Of a stretch of 64,000 nucleotides of DNA, positions 47,779 through 57,348 are shown in pieces. The stretch's first letter is position 1; every line of letters starts with the position of its first letter. Source of the stretch: an uncultured Spirochaetia bacterium (GTDB lineage: Bacteria > Oederibacteriota > PGYV01 > Palsa-1178); NCBI GenBank assembly GCA_964565765.1, contig CAZMGF010000001.1, positions 43,283 through 107,282 of the forward strand, read 5' to 3'. The notes below the pieces were generated by a model. The model made no database searches and had not been told where the DNA came from. It saw only the letters and a list, made by a program, of their open reading frames with translations. The translations under genes and the position numbers were made by a program.

Positions 47779-50700
47779 ATGAAAAGGAATTCCATTTTTT
47801 TATCTTCTATAATAGTTTTCATTCTTATAATTATTTCTTTTTCATTTTCAGATACCTGCAATTTTCCTTTCCCGCAGAACATAAACTATCCATACGGCAT
47901 CAAGCCAAATAATTTTACAAACGCGCAGATGGACCAGCACTGCCTGGACTGGTTCAATAAGTGGAAGGCATATTACGTCACCCAGAATAACTGCACCGGC
48001 AGTGAGTGGCGAGTACAGAGGACGGTTACGGGCAACGGCATAACCAACGGCTGTTACGGTTTCGCGACAGCTCCGGCCGAGAACGATACGGTCAGCGAAG
48101 CGATAGGGTATGGAATGGTAATCATGGTTTTCATGTCATCCGCAACCAACAACACACAGCAGTATTTTAACGGTTTTTATACCTACTACAAGGATCACCT
48201 GGACGGCGCCGGTCTCATGAACTGGCAGATACCATACTGCAACAGCGGCGGCTCGGCCACTGATGCCGATGAGGATGTTGCATTTGCGCTGCTGGCAGCT
48301 GACAAGCAGTGGGGTTCGGCGGGAGCAATCAATTACAAGAGCGAGGCAAATACTATAATTGGAAGGATACTTTCAAATGAGATAACCGCCGCCAACGACA
48401 TAAGGCCCGGCGACGGCTGGGACGGGGCGAATATCTCATATTTTGCCCCTTATGAATACAGGATGTTCGGGGATTATACCGGAACTTCACAATGGTATTC
48501 TGTGGCTTCGCATACCTACCAGACAATTGTAAATTATTACTCCAGCAATTCCCAGACGGTCAATGCCGCTCTCGGTATGGATACCGGCCTGATGCCAAAC
48601 TGGTGCAATTACGACGGGACCACATGGAGCCCGGGGGCATGGTCCATGGACCCAAACTCATGGTGGTGGGACGCTATCCGCCACGCGTGGAGGCAGAGCT
48701 ATGATTACCTGCTTTACGGCACCATGAACAGTCCGCTGGCCTACAGCAACAACAACAAAATATCCACATTTTTCCAGACAAAATATAACGGCGACGCCAC
48801 AAAAATACTTTCCCATTATACCCTCGACGGCACTGAAACACAGTACAACAGGGGGGACAGGACGCCTGATCTTGGCACAGAGGATGTAAGGAACCTGCCG
48901 GGCCCGGAGGGCGCGGTCGCGATTTCGGCCATGGTTGAAGGCGACCAGAACTGGCTGAATGAATGCTATTATGACCTGGTAACAATGGACGCCGGCACCG
49001 GCTCTGGAGGTCTTACAAACACCGGCGTGTTATGGGGAACGGATTATTTCTGCGACATATTGAAGATGCAGTATTTACTTATTCTTACGGGCAATATGCC
49101 AAATCCTATGGGAAACTATCCCACGCCAACTCCCACAAACACATGGAACGTATTGACCCCGACCCCGACCCCGTCGCCTACGCCGATAAGAGGGATGTTT
49201 GATGATTTTGAGACCGGAAATATAATCAATCTTGACACATCGGCAGGAGGCCAGACAGCTTTTACTTCGGTGGTGAATACAACAAACAGGCCGGCGGCAT
49301 TAACAGGCGGAGGTTTGCGTGACCTACAAATAACCTCTACTGCCAATGGCTGGGGGGCTTATGGAGAGGACTCACCATACACAGGGGGGCTCGGATATCT
49401 TGATGAAACAGGAGCGACAGCACTGTCATTCTACATTTATCCGACAGTGGCGCTCTCGGGAAATTTCTTTGTGAAACTTGTCGAGGCAACGGCCAACGGC
49501 GCTGATGGTGAAACATATTCAAACAGGATAACTGAAAGCACAAATTCAGCCCCGGCAAATACATGGACAAAGATAACTATCGCCATCACCAATACTTCCG
49601 TCTTCAGCAGGGACCAGTATAATACGGTTAACGGGGACGGTGTACTTGATTTGAGCGGTATCAAGAGTTTCTATTTACAGGTTGACAGCGCCCCGAACGC
49701 GACCATATATATAGACAATATACAGTTCACCGGGAATTTTCCGACGGTTACGCCGACTTCCACTGTGACAAAAACAAGGACGCCCAACGGGACGCCGACC
49801 AACAGCCCTACAATCACAGTGACCGCGACAAATACCCTTTATTATTCACCGACAATTACACCGACATGGAGCTCAACGCAGACAAATACTCCTTATATAA
49901 GCCCCACTATAACGCAGACTTCGACCATTACTCCGACTTTTACCCTGACGCCTTACATTCCTTTCGGGGTTTTTGACGATTTTGAGACAGGGGTATTTAA
50001 AAATTTAAATACAACTGATACCGGAGGCGGATCGACGGTTGCGGTTACCAACGTGACCACAACGGTTCATGCCGGCACTCATTCAATGCAGGTTGTAACA
50101 ACCGGAACAGCAGGATGGGCCGTTGTTACAATTGATTCGCCTTATGACGGCGGACTGGGTTACCGTAATTTTACCGGGGCAACCGCGCTTAATTTCTGGA
50201 TAGACGCGCCGGCCGGCACCGTATTGTTCGTAAAGGTTGTCGAGACGAACGGGCAGCAGTGGTCGGATAGGAACGTACCTATTACTGTTCCGGCCTCGGG
50301 TTGGCAGGATATAAATGTTGCGCTATCTTCGCTTACTGTGGACCAGTATTCACCCACCGGCGATGGGGACGACGTACTGGATCTAAACATTATTCAGAGC
50401 GTGACTTTTCAGTGGAACAATCCCGGAAATATGACCATGTATATAGATGACATAAAATTTACCGGCATGCCCACTCCTACAATGACGCAGACATCCACCA
50501 AAACAGCCACATTCACGCCCACCATGACTCCGAGCGCCACGGACACTCCGACGTTTACACTTACGCAGACCCCTGCATTTACAAAAACATATACGCCTTC
50601 AATTACGCCCACATATTCATTTACTGTACCGGCGACCATTACATTTACACAAACAGCAACGCCCACAACTACATTTACATACACCGGTACTCCGACATTT

Positions 50701-51516
50701 ACGGCCACTTCAACGCCGACATTCACATTTACCATGACAGTGACGCAGACAAGGACAGTATCGCCGACAATTACAATATCGCCCACGGGCACTCCGCCGA
50801 CGCAGACTGTAACGCCTACGGTAACTGCCACATCTTCTGCAACCCTGTCGGTCACGCCGAGTTTTACGCGGACATTTACAGGAACATTTACAATGACAGC
50901 CACGCCTTCATTTACCCCGACATATACGCAGACATCAACCGCGACATTTACCTTTACCCAGACGCTTTTCGTAACTCCGTCAATTACGCCGTCAGTAACG
51001 GCAACCATGACAGGCACGCCGCCAACCGCAACTTTTACTTCGACTGTAACGCAGACGGCCGCGAATACATATACTTTTACAATGACGTTTACCGGCACCG
51101 CAACCCAGACAATGACACCCACAATGACATTTACCTGTACTTTTACCCCGCAGGCGGTTCCAAGCGCGGTACTTACATTTACTGCCACTCCGACACTGAC
51201 GCCGGGCAATAACGGCGGGACAAAAACAGTTATTTTTCCAAATCCATACAATCCGGCCGCGGGCGGCAAGCTTGGAATAAGTTTTTATACTGAAGATACT
51301 TACAGTGAAATTCAATTCAAGGTATATACATGCTCATACAGGCTGGTATATTACGGGACACAGAGCGGAAGCTTCAAGGGGCAGACAGAAGCGGACATGG
51401 ATGCCGGCGGGTTTACAAAATTTGCCAATGGTGTATATTTTTATGCGGTGTCAGGGACAAATACCGGCGGACAGCAAAAAAAGTTTTCCACGGGAGTGCT
51501 TGATATTATTAAGTGA
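47779..51516 (+). CDS. Multidomain secreted glycoside hydrolase: GH8 catalytic domain, two tandem CBM-like beta-sandwich domains, three Thr/Pro linkers, C-terminal Por/T9SS-like sorting domain
   Basis: Signal peptide MKRNSIFLSSIIVFILII; GH8 signature ATDADEDVAFALLAADKQWG; duplicated about 160-aa module FDDFETG...GGLGY...IYIDNIQFTG (49195-49740, 49960-50460); C-terminus VIFPNPYNPAAGGKLGISFY... Confidence 0.75.
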   Translation: MKRNSIFLSSIIVFILIIISFSFSDTCNFPFPQNINYPYGIKPNNFTNAQMDQHCLDWFNKWKAYYVTQNNCTGSEWRVQRTVTGNGITNGCYGFATAPAENDTVSEAIGYGMVIMVFMSSATNNTQQYFNGFYTYYKDHLDGAGLMNWQIPYCNSGGSATDADEDVAFALLAADKQWGSAGAINYKSEANTIIGRILSNEITAANDIRPGDGWDGANISYFAPYEYRMFGDYTGTSQWYSVASHTYQTIVNYYSSNSQTVNAALGMDTGLMPNWCNYDGTTWSPGAWSMDPNSWWWDAIRHAWRQSYDYLLYGTMNSPLAYSNNNKISTFFQTKYNGDATKILSHYTLDGTETQYNRGDRTPDLGTEDVRNLPGPEGAVAISAMVEGDQNWLNECYYDLVTMDAGTGSGGLTNTGVLWGTDYFCDILKMQYLLILTGNMPNPMGNYPTPTPTNTWNVLTPTPTPSPTPIRGMFDDFETGNIINLDTSAGGQTAFTSVVNTTNRPAALTGGGLRDLQITSTANGWGAYGEDSPYTGGLGYLDETGATALSFYIYPTVALSGNFFVKLVEATANGADGETYSNRITESTNSAPANTWTKITIAITNTSVFSRDQYNTVNGDGVLDLSGIKSFYLQVDSAPNATIYIDNIQFTGNFPTVTPTSTVTKTRTPNGTPTNSPTITVTATNTLYYSPTITPTWSSTQTNTPYISPTITQTSTITPTFTLTPYIPFGVFDDFETGVFKNLNTTDTGGGSTVAVTNVTTTVHAGTHSMQVVTTGTAGWAVVTIDSPYDGGLGYRNFTGATALNFWIDAPAGTVLFVKVVETNGQQWSDRNVPITVPASGWQDINVALSSLTVDQYSPTGDGDDVLDLNIIQSVTFQWNNPGNMTMYIDDIKFTGMPTPTMTQTSTKTATFTPTMTPSATDTPTFTLTQTPAFTKTYTPSITPTYSFTVPATITFTQTATPTTTFTYTGTPTFTATSTPTFTFTMTVTQTRTVSPTITISPTGTPPTQTVTPTVTATSSATLSVTPSFTRTFTGTFTMTATPSFTPTYTQTSTATFTFTQTLFVTPSITPSVTATMTGTPPTATFTSTVTQTAANTYTFTMTFTGTATQTMTPTMTFTCTFTPQAVPSAVLTFTATPTLTPGNNGGTKTVIFPNPYNPAAGGKLGISFYTEDTYSEIQFKVYTCSYRLVYYGTQSGSFKGQTEADMDAGGFTKFANGVYFYAVSGTNTGGQQKKFSTGVLDIIK
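50460..51220 (+). repeat. About 760-bp Thr/Pro/Phe coding low-complexity repeat (linker), with shorter copies at 49080-49200 and 49730-49975
   Basis: PTPTMTQTSTKTATFTPTMTPSATDTPTFTLTQTPAFTKTYTPSITPTYSFTV...; antisense VGV-rich ORF 50409-51269 is a shadow of this repeat. Confidence 0.8.
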
Positions 51517-51536
51517 CCGGAAATTTTAGTATATAA

Positions 51537-54050
51537 CTATTTTAAGCCCGGAATGTCCGCGCCTGATGACAGCAGGGATATTTCAGAAAAAACCTGCGGT
51601 ACAATAAAAAAATTATCACAGACAATATAACGCGGGTTCCATAAAGGTGAAAACTCCTCTTTCGACTTCCTGAGAGACCGTCCATTCGAAAGTTTCAGGC
51701 CGTAATTGAATAATGCCGCCGCGGCGTGGTTTAATGCCGGCGTATAGGAATTAATCGCCGAAATATTCGAAGGAGCAAGGCCGAGGTTGAAAAACGCGAA
51801 ATGTTTTTCCTTGCCCCACAGGATAAGATTATATTTAAGAAACCGTTCAACGCCGTCAGGCGCGCTCCGCGAATACCTTATGATATCCATTCTGTATTCA
51901 CCATGTTCCGGGCCCGTAAAAATATCGGAGAAACAGACAGGCTGGCCGTTTCTGTCAAAAACACAGGCTATATGAAAATGCCTTAGATATTCCACGTCAA
52001 AATGGCCGATCAAAAATCCCGGTTCTTTTATTCCGTGATATTTAAGCCATTCATCCGATATTGAGGCTATTTTTTTATAAAAAGACGGCGGAGAGTTCCT
52101 TGGCATCATCCTGAATGAATATCCGGAGATCTCCAGTTTTTTTGTAAAGGATTTCAGAAGGCCTTCCACAGCGACTTCCCGGGGATAATATTCAAGGGCT
52201 ATACGGGCTTCGTCGCCTATTTTGTAAAAATTAAGGCCGGTATTTTTGTAAAAATGCAGGTTCTCGCCGGATACGTTAAAAAAAACACAGGAAGCGCCGT
52301 GCGAAAACGCGAGCCTGCGGAATTTCCAGATTAATTCCTCGAGCTCCACATACGGGCCGCATGGGTCGCCGAGCGCTATCCAGCGGCTGCCGCACCTGGC
52401 GTACATTAAAAAAGAGAGGCGGGACCATGAAAATAAAAGATTTTTGTCGCCGGAAAGGGCCAGCTGGGAGAGAGTGTCCGGAGAGTTAAACGCTATGGAG
52501 GCCGCGGTGTTTACATCATATTTTGTGGATGTATGGGGCGAAGGTTTGTATGGAATAAAAATATAGGCAATCATCCAGATTGCAAGCGCCGCGCCGGATG
52601 AGAAAAAAGAAAGCACGCCCTGTATATACGCCGCCTGGCCGCGGGCGGCCGGAGAAAGATACACAGCCAGCCCGCAAAGGCAGGCCGTTCCGGAGGCCGC
52701 ATAGAAAAATCCCGATGTCGGCATTTCGGTAAACGGCCCGCTTTTTCTGTAAAAATTTTTTCCGAAAGGCAGCATGAACAAAAGAATAAGGTAAAACGCC
52801 GAAGCGGCCTCGTATGAAAAACTGTTTATCATCAGCAGCGCGCCGCATGCCGCAAGCAGGCCCAGAGAAAGATTATATGAAGAATAAAGGTTCTTCTGCA
52901 GGCCGCGGGTGCACATTATAAGCCCTGCGCCGCATAACGAGAGAAGAACCGCAGAAAAAGGCTGCAGCAGGGGAGGCATTATTGATGAAACAACGCCGAA
53001 CCGCGGCATTATATAAGGAACGCAGGATATGAACATAGAGGCGGCACCGGCGGAAAAAATAAGGCATGAAAAGAAGTAACCCGGTGTGGAAGAAAGCAGG
53101 TCCTTTAACTCGCCTGCTTTCTTAAAAAAATTAGTGCGCGCATGGACCGCCTCGGCAGCGCCGTAAACTATATATGAGCAGGCCAGAGGCAGCAGATAAT
53201 ATATTATCCTGTAAACGACAAGGGCCCCGAGTATTTCCGGCCCGGATATGCCGGAAGATGAAAGCAACCAGACAGTTGAGGCTTCAAAAACACCGAGCCC
53301 GCCCGGGACATTGCTTATTATCGCAAGAAATTCAGAGGCCAAAAATACCGCTAAAAAAAAGACGAAACGCGAAGGATCAGCGGAAAAAAGAATGAAAAAC
53401 GCGGCGGCGGCTGATGCCCATTCTAAAACTGAAAACAATACCTGAAGGGCCACTGTCAGAAGGCCGGGCGGGTTAAGACTGTATCCAAAAGCCTTTATTT
53501 CCTTTTTTGAAAATCCGCCCCAGATGAGATACGCGGCAAGAAGGATGACGAACACAGCGGCTGAGGCCGCAAGCCCGGCGCCTGTCCTGCCGGTAAAAAA
53601 CAGGGAGCGGGACGGGAAAAAAATGAGGATGGAACTTAAGGCGCAGAAGCCGGTAAAGGAAGAGATTTCGCAGAAAGCAATAACTCTGGCGATTTCAGCG
53701 GCGGAAAAGCGCCAAAGTGAATAGAGCCTTAAACGGACGGCTGATGAGGACAAAAGCGAGAGTCCCAGGCTGTTTCCGAATGCGTTTGCGGCGAATGATA
53801 CCGCCGCCGCATTCCACAGGGATATTTTTTTTCCGGCATAACGCGCCGCCAGGAAATCATATGATGCCATTGACATGTAACTCAGGGCGGTAAAAAAGAG
53901 GGATAATATTATCCTTGGCGCGCTTATACCGGAAAAGGAAAAGGGAAAGCCGGAACTTTTTTTGAAATATCCCGCCAGAATGAAAAGTGAGGCAAAAAAC
54001 AGGATCCCCGTAAAAGCAGCCCCCAGCTGTCTTAACAGTTTGGTATTCAT
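51537..54050 (-). CDS. MprF-like aminoacyl-phosphatidylglycerol synthase/flippase (LPG-synthase TM domain plus DUF2156 C-terminal domain), putative
   Basis: 837 aa; about 14 predicted TM helices in the N-terminal 520 aa; soluble C-terminal domain with LFSWSRLSFLMYARCGSRWIALGDPCGP region reminiscent of DUF2156. Confidence 0.45.
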   Translation of the reverse strand: MNTKLLRQLGAAFTGILFFASLFILAGYFKKSSGFPFSFSGISAPRIILSLFFTALSYMSMASYDFLAARYAGKKISLWNAAAVSFAANAFGNSLGLSLLSSSAVRLRLYSLWRFSAAEIARVIAFCEISSFTGFCALSSILIFFPSRSLFFTGRTGAGLAASAAVFVILLAAYLIWGGFSKKEIKAFGYSLNPPGLLTVALQVLFSVLEWASAAAAFFILFSADPSRFVFFLAVFLASEFLAIISNVPGGLGVFEASTVWLLSSSGISGPEILGALVVYRIIYYLLPLACSYIVYGAAEAVHARTNFFKKAGELKDLLSSTPGYFFSCLIFSAGAASMFISCVPYIMPRFGVVSSIMPPLLQPFSAVLLSLCGAGLIMCTRGLQKNLYSSYNLSLGLLAACGALLMINSFSYEAASAFYLILLFMLPFGKNFYRKSGPFTEMPTSGFFYAASGTACLCGLAVYLSPAARGQAAYIQGVLSFFSSGAALAIWMIAYIFIPYKPSPHTSTKYDVNTAASIAFNSPDTLSQLALSGDKNLLFSWSRLSFLMYARCGSRWIALGDPCGPYVELEELIWKFRRLAFSHGASCVFFNVSGENLHFYKNTGLNFYKIGDEARIALEYYPREVAVEGLLKSFTKKLEISGYSFRMMPRNSPPSFYKKIASISDEWLKYHGIKEPGFLIGHFDVEYLRHFHIACVFDRNGQPVCFSDIFTGPEHGEYRMDIIRYSRSAPDGVERFLKYNLILWGKEKHFAFFNLGLAPSNISAINSYTPALNHAAAALFNYGLKLSNGRSLRKSKEEFSPLWNPRYIVCDNFFIVPQVFSEISLLSSGADIPGLK

Positions 54051-54189
54051 ATAATTATGATATATAAACAGGATTTATTATGCAACAGGAATTATTGCGT
54101 TTGGTTTAACCGGAAAAATTACAAATAAACACGCGGCAGTAAAACGGTTAAACGGTTAATTTTTACGTAAAAACAGGGTGTTTTATAGG

Positions 54190-54218
54190 TTGATATATAT
54201 GTCAAAAACTATTATTAT
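54190..54218 (+). promoter_or_regulatory. Sigma70-type promoter TTGATA-17-TATTAT upstream of the PL4-like gene, preceded at 54145-54160 by the direct repeat CGGTTAAACGGTTAAT
   Basis: ttgatatatatgtcaaaaactatTATTAT; aaaacggttaaacggttaattttt 30 nt upstream of -35. Confidence 0.35.
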
Positions 54219-54296
54219 TCTTTGATTTCTCCGCGTTATTTTTTTTGCGGAAAATACTGGAATAAAAAAAATCAATTGCATGGAGAAAGCAAGCCT

Positions 54297-57275
54297 ATGA
54301 GGCCGGGAAAATTATTGTTTATATCATTTTTTTGCGTGCTGCTTTTTCCGGCGGTTTTTTTAAGGGCCAATGTCGCCGGCGGCGGAACAGGCACCGGAGC
54401 GAACGTGACTGCGACACAGACAGGCAATAATGTGGTCCTGGCTAACGGCATAGTTTCTATTACAATAGACATCACCAATGGCAATATCACAAATTTTACC
54501 TATAAAGGCACGAACCTTATGGCAGGCGGCAACGGCGGTGGATATTTCTATATAGACGGCTCCGGCGGGCCCACACTGACGAATCCGGCTTACACCCTGA
54601 CGGTTAATCCGGCGGACAACGGCGGGAATCAGGCTGAAGTGGAGCTGCAGACGCTTGGCAGCCCCATGGATTGCACCCTTTATTACGACCTGCTACGCGG
54701 ACAGCAGGGTATCTACGACACTCTGGTACTGACACATGAAAATACATACGCAGACTACCCCGGAGCTGAACTGCGCACTAATATGTACGTAGGCTCAATG
54801 TTCGACTGGATATGCGTTAACCCTTACCGGTTCCGCCAGATGGCCTCGCCAAATGACACTTACATAGCCACTCCCGGAGCGCCCGCGGAAGTATTTGATT
54901 TCACCAGCGGTATTTATTCCGGCACCACGGGATGCAAATATTCCTACAGTCAGCCGCTTGGCCAGACGAACGCATACGGCTGGGCCTCAACCACATCAAA
55001 ATTTGGAATCTGGCAGACCTTCCCGAGCCATGAATATCTGGACGGCGGGCCCATGCACAGGGAACTAACCGCGCACCTTGGCAACACTCTGCTTGACATG
55101 TTCGGAGGCGGACACTACGGCTTCGGACTTTCCCAGGATCAGCCGGCCGGAACATTTGTTTCCAAGACCTTTGGCCCGGCTTTCATTTACGCCAACGAAT
55201 ACACGGGCACTGCCACTGATGTCAGCATATACGCGCAGGCTTTATTTACTGACGCTCAGGCGCAGGCCCAGGCAGAGCAATCTGCATGGCCCTACGCCTG
55301 GTTCAACCCGCAGCCGGAGGCGACGGGTTCCGGCACCACGGTTTCCGCATACCCGCAGGCTGCGGACAGGGCAACCGTAACAGGTACTTTTGCCATCAAC
55401 GACGCATATAATCCCGCGGCATCACCTGCGGGCATGTGGATAGGGTTGGCGCCGCTTGACGGCGGGGTGGATTTCCAGCAGCAGTATCTCACCTGCCAGT
55501 TCTGGGTACAGACCGGAGCCGGAGGCGCTTTTTCAATTCCAAACGTGCTGCCGGGAATTTATAATCTCTGGGCCTTCGGGCCTGGAGCGGCCGGCACCTT
55601 CGAACAGTCCAATATAACCGTGGCCGCGGGGCAAACCCTGAATCTTGGAGCAGTGACATGGGCTCCGCTGCGCCTCGGGCCGACTGTGTGGGAAATAGGC
55701 GTGCCGGACCGGAGCAGCGAAGAATTTAATAATGGAGAGCACGACGTGACCCCCTGGAGCGGCGTTCTGCCGCCATACGCAGGCGGCGCGCCATACAACA
55801 CTCCGGCGGTATGGTCCGCTTTTCTGGATTATGCAAACCAGTTCCCAAATGATGTCAGCTACACGGTCGGCGTAAGCAACTACGCCTCTGACTGGAATTA
55901 TTGCCAGCCTACCATACTAAATGCCGGCGGCACATACGTGGGAACCACATCAAAAATTTATTTCAATCTGGCAAAGGCGCCTGCGGCGGGAAATCAGGCG
56001 CGCCTGTATATAGCATTTGCGGCCGGCTACAGCGCGGCCTGCATACTAACCATTAACGGAGTTGTCCAGACTGCGCCGGTCACAGGATCCACAGACGGGG
56101 CCAACGCGGCAACCATAGCGAATTCAACCACGGGATTTTATGTGCCAAACTACAGCTTTGATACCATGGTGCGCCTGGGCACGGACGGGGCATGGGGAGA
56201 CGCATACCTTGATTTTCCCGGTACTAATCTTAAGGCGGGATGGAACGAAATTGATATAGGCCTGCGGCCGACCGGAGGGGCAGGCAACGGCAATGGTTTT
56301 GAATATGATTATATAAGGCTTGAGCTTCAGGGCTACGCCCAGCCGAGCCCTACTCCTTCTCCGCAGGGTACCGCTGCGGCGACATATTCGCGGACTGTAA
56401 CTCCTTCATATACGGGGACGCCGGCCAATACTTTTACCATGACTGCTTCCGCGACATCAACTTTAACAAGGACATCTTCATACACAGCCACGGAAACCGG
56501 GACATATACGCCTGCATTAACTGCGACCCGGACTTTAACTTTTTCAGCGACACCAACGCCGACCCCGGCAAATTCTGTGACTTTCACGGCAACACCGTCG
56601 CAGAGTGTTATTGCCACGGCGGCTTTCACGCAAACAACCACAGCTTCGGCCACATTTACGGCGGCGGAAACCGGGACAATGACAGCAACCACCGCTTATA
56701 TGCTGACTGAAACATTAACATCCACGCCTTCATATACATTTACAATAACTGTTACGAAGACAATTACCGGAACCGCAACTGGCACGGTTACTGCGACATA
56801 TTCCCGTACATCAACGGCTGTCATAACGACAACCTGGACAGCCATGCCGTCTTATACTGCAACCGCAGCAGCCACTATAACCCTGACGATAACCAGCCAG
56901 GCAACCCCTTCCGCTACATTGATTTATACGGCTGCTTCAACCCCTACAGCGGCGGAATCTCCGGTTCCTGAAAGCACGCCGGCTGAAGTAATTGTCTATC
57001 CTGATCCGTACGATCCGGAAAAAGGAAACCTGAATATCATGTACAGCCTTGCTGAACCGGAGTCTTCCGTGGAATTCAGGCTCTATACAAGGGGGTTCAG
57101 GCTTATAAGGCAGGAAAATCTGACCGCGGGCATTGCCGGAATAAAAACAGATAACGTCCCGGCGGATGTTTTTGACGGACTTTCAAACGGAATTTACATA
57201 TATGTGCTGATAATAAAGGGAGATGACGGAATGGAAAGGCCGGGGAAATTAAGGGAAATGATAATTTTAAGGTAA
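54297..57275 (+). CDS. Secreted rhamnogalacturonan-lyase (PL4)-like enzyme with Thr/Ala/Ser linker and C-terminal Por/T9SS-like sorting domain
   Basis: Signal peptide MRPGKLLFISFFCVLLFPAVF; N-terminal region IVSITIDITNGNITNFTYKGTNLMAGGNGGGYF...VWEIGVPDRSSEEFNNGEH reminiscent of RG-lyase beta-sandwich/CBM-like domains; C-terminus VIVYPDPYDPEKGNLNIMYS... shared with the two other CTD proteins. Confidence 0.5.
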   Translation: MRPGKLLFISFFCVLLFPAVFLRANVAGGGTGTGANVTATQTGNNVVLANGIVSITIDITNGNITNFTYKGTNLMAGGNGGGYFYIDGSGGPTLTNPAYTLTVNPADNGGNQAEVELQTLGSPMDCTLYYDLLRGQQGIYDTLVLTHENTYADYPGAELRTNMYVGSMFDWICVNPYRFRQMASPNDTYIATPGAPAEVFDFTSGIYSGTTGCKYSYSQPLGQTNAYGWASTTSKFGIWQTFPSHEYLDGGPMHRELTAHLGNTLLDMFGGGHYGFGLSQDQPAGTFVSKTFGPAFIYANEYTGTATDVSIYAQALFTDAQAQAQAEQSAWPYAWFNPQPEATGSGTTVSAYPQAADRATVTGTFAINDAYNPAASPAGMWIGLAPLDGGVDFQQQYLTCQFWVQTGAGGAFSIPNVLPGIYNLWAFGPGAAGTFEQSNITVAAGQTLNLGAVTWAPLRLGPTVWEIGVPDRSSEEFNNGEHDVTPWSGVLPPYAGGAPYNTPAVWSAFLDYANQFPNDVSYTVGVSNYASDWNYCQPTILNAGGTYVGTTSKIYFNLAKAPAAGNQARLYIAFAAGYSAACILTINGVVQTAPVTGSTDGANAATIANSTTGFYVPNYSFDTMVRLGTDGAWGDAYLDFPGTNLKAGWNEIDIGLRPTGGAGNGNGFEYDYIRLELQGYAQPSPTPSPQGTAAATYSRTVTPSYTGTPANTFTMTASATSTLTRTSSYTATETGTYTPALTATRTLTFSATPTPTPANSVTFTATPSQSVIATAAFTQTTTASATFTAAETGTMTATTAYMLTETLTSTPSYTFTITVTKTITGTATGTVTATYSRTSTAVITTTWTAMPSYTATAAATITLTITSQATPSATLIYTAASTPTAAESPVPESTPAEVIVYPDPYDPEKGNLNIMYSLAEPESSVEFRLYTRGFRLIRQENLTAGIAGIKTDNVPADVFDGLSNGIYIYVLIIKGDDGMERPGKLREMIILR
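56335..56995 (+). repeat. Thr/Ala/Ser/Pro low-complexity coding repeat (linker)
   Basis: SPTPSPQGTAAATYSRTVTPSYTGTPANTFTMTASATSTLTRTSSYTATETGTYTPALTATRTLTF... Confidence 0.75.
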
Positions 57276-57302
57276 AAATAAAAAAATAGCATAACCTTAT
57301 GA

Positions 57303-57331
57303 TTGATTAATCCGCGCAAGTGTTTTAGAAT
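57303..57331 (+). promoter_or_regulatory. Sigma70 promoter TTGATT-17-TAGAAT for the lacI-family regulator
   Basis: ttgattaatccgcgcaagtgtttTAGAAT followed by AAAAGGAG RBS. Confidence 0.4.
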
Positions 57332-57348
57332 GGCCAAAAGGAGAATTA

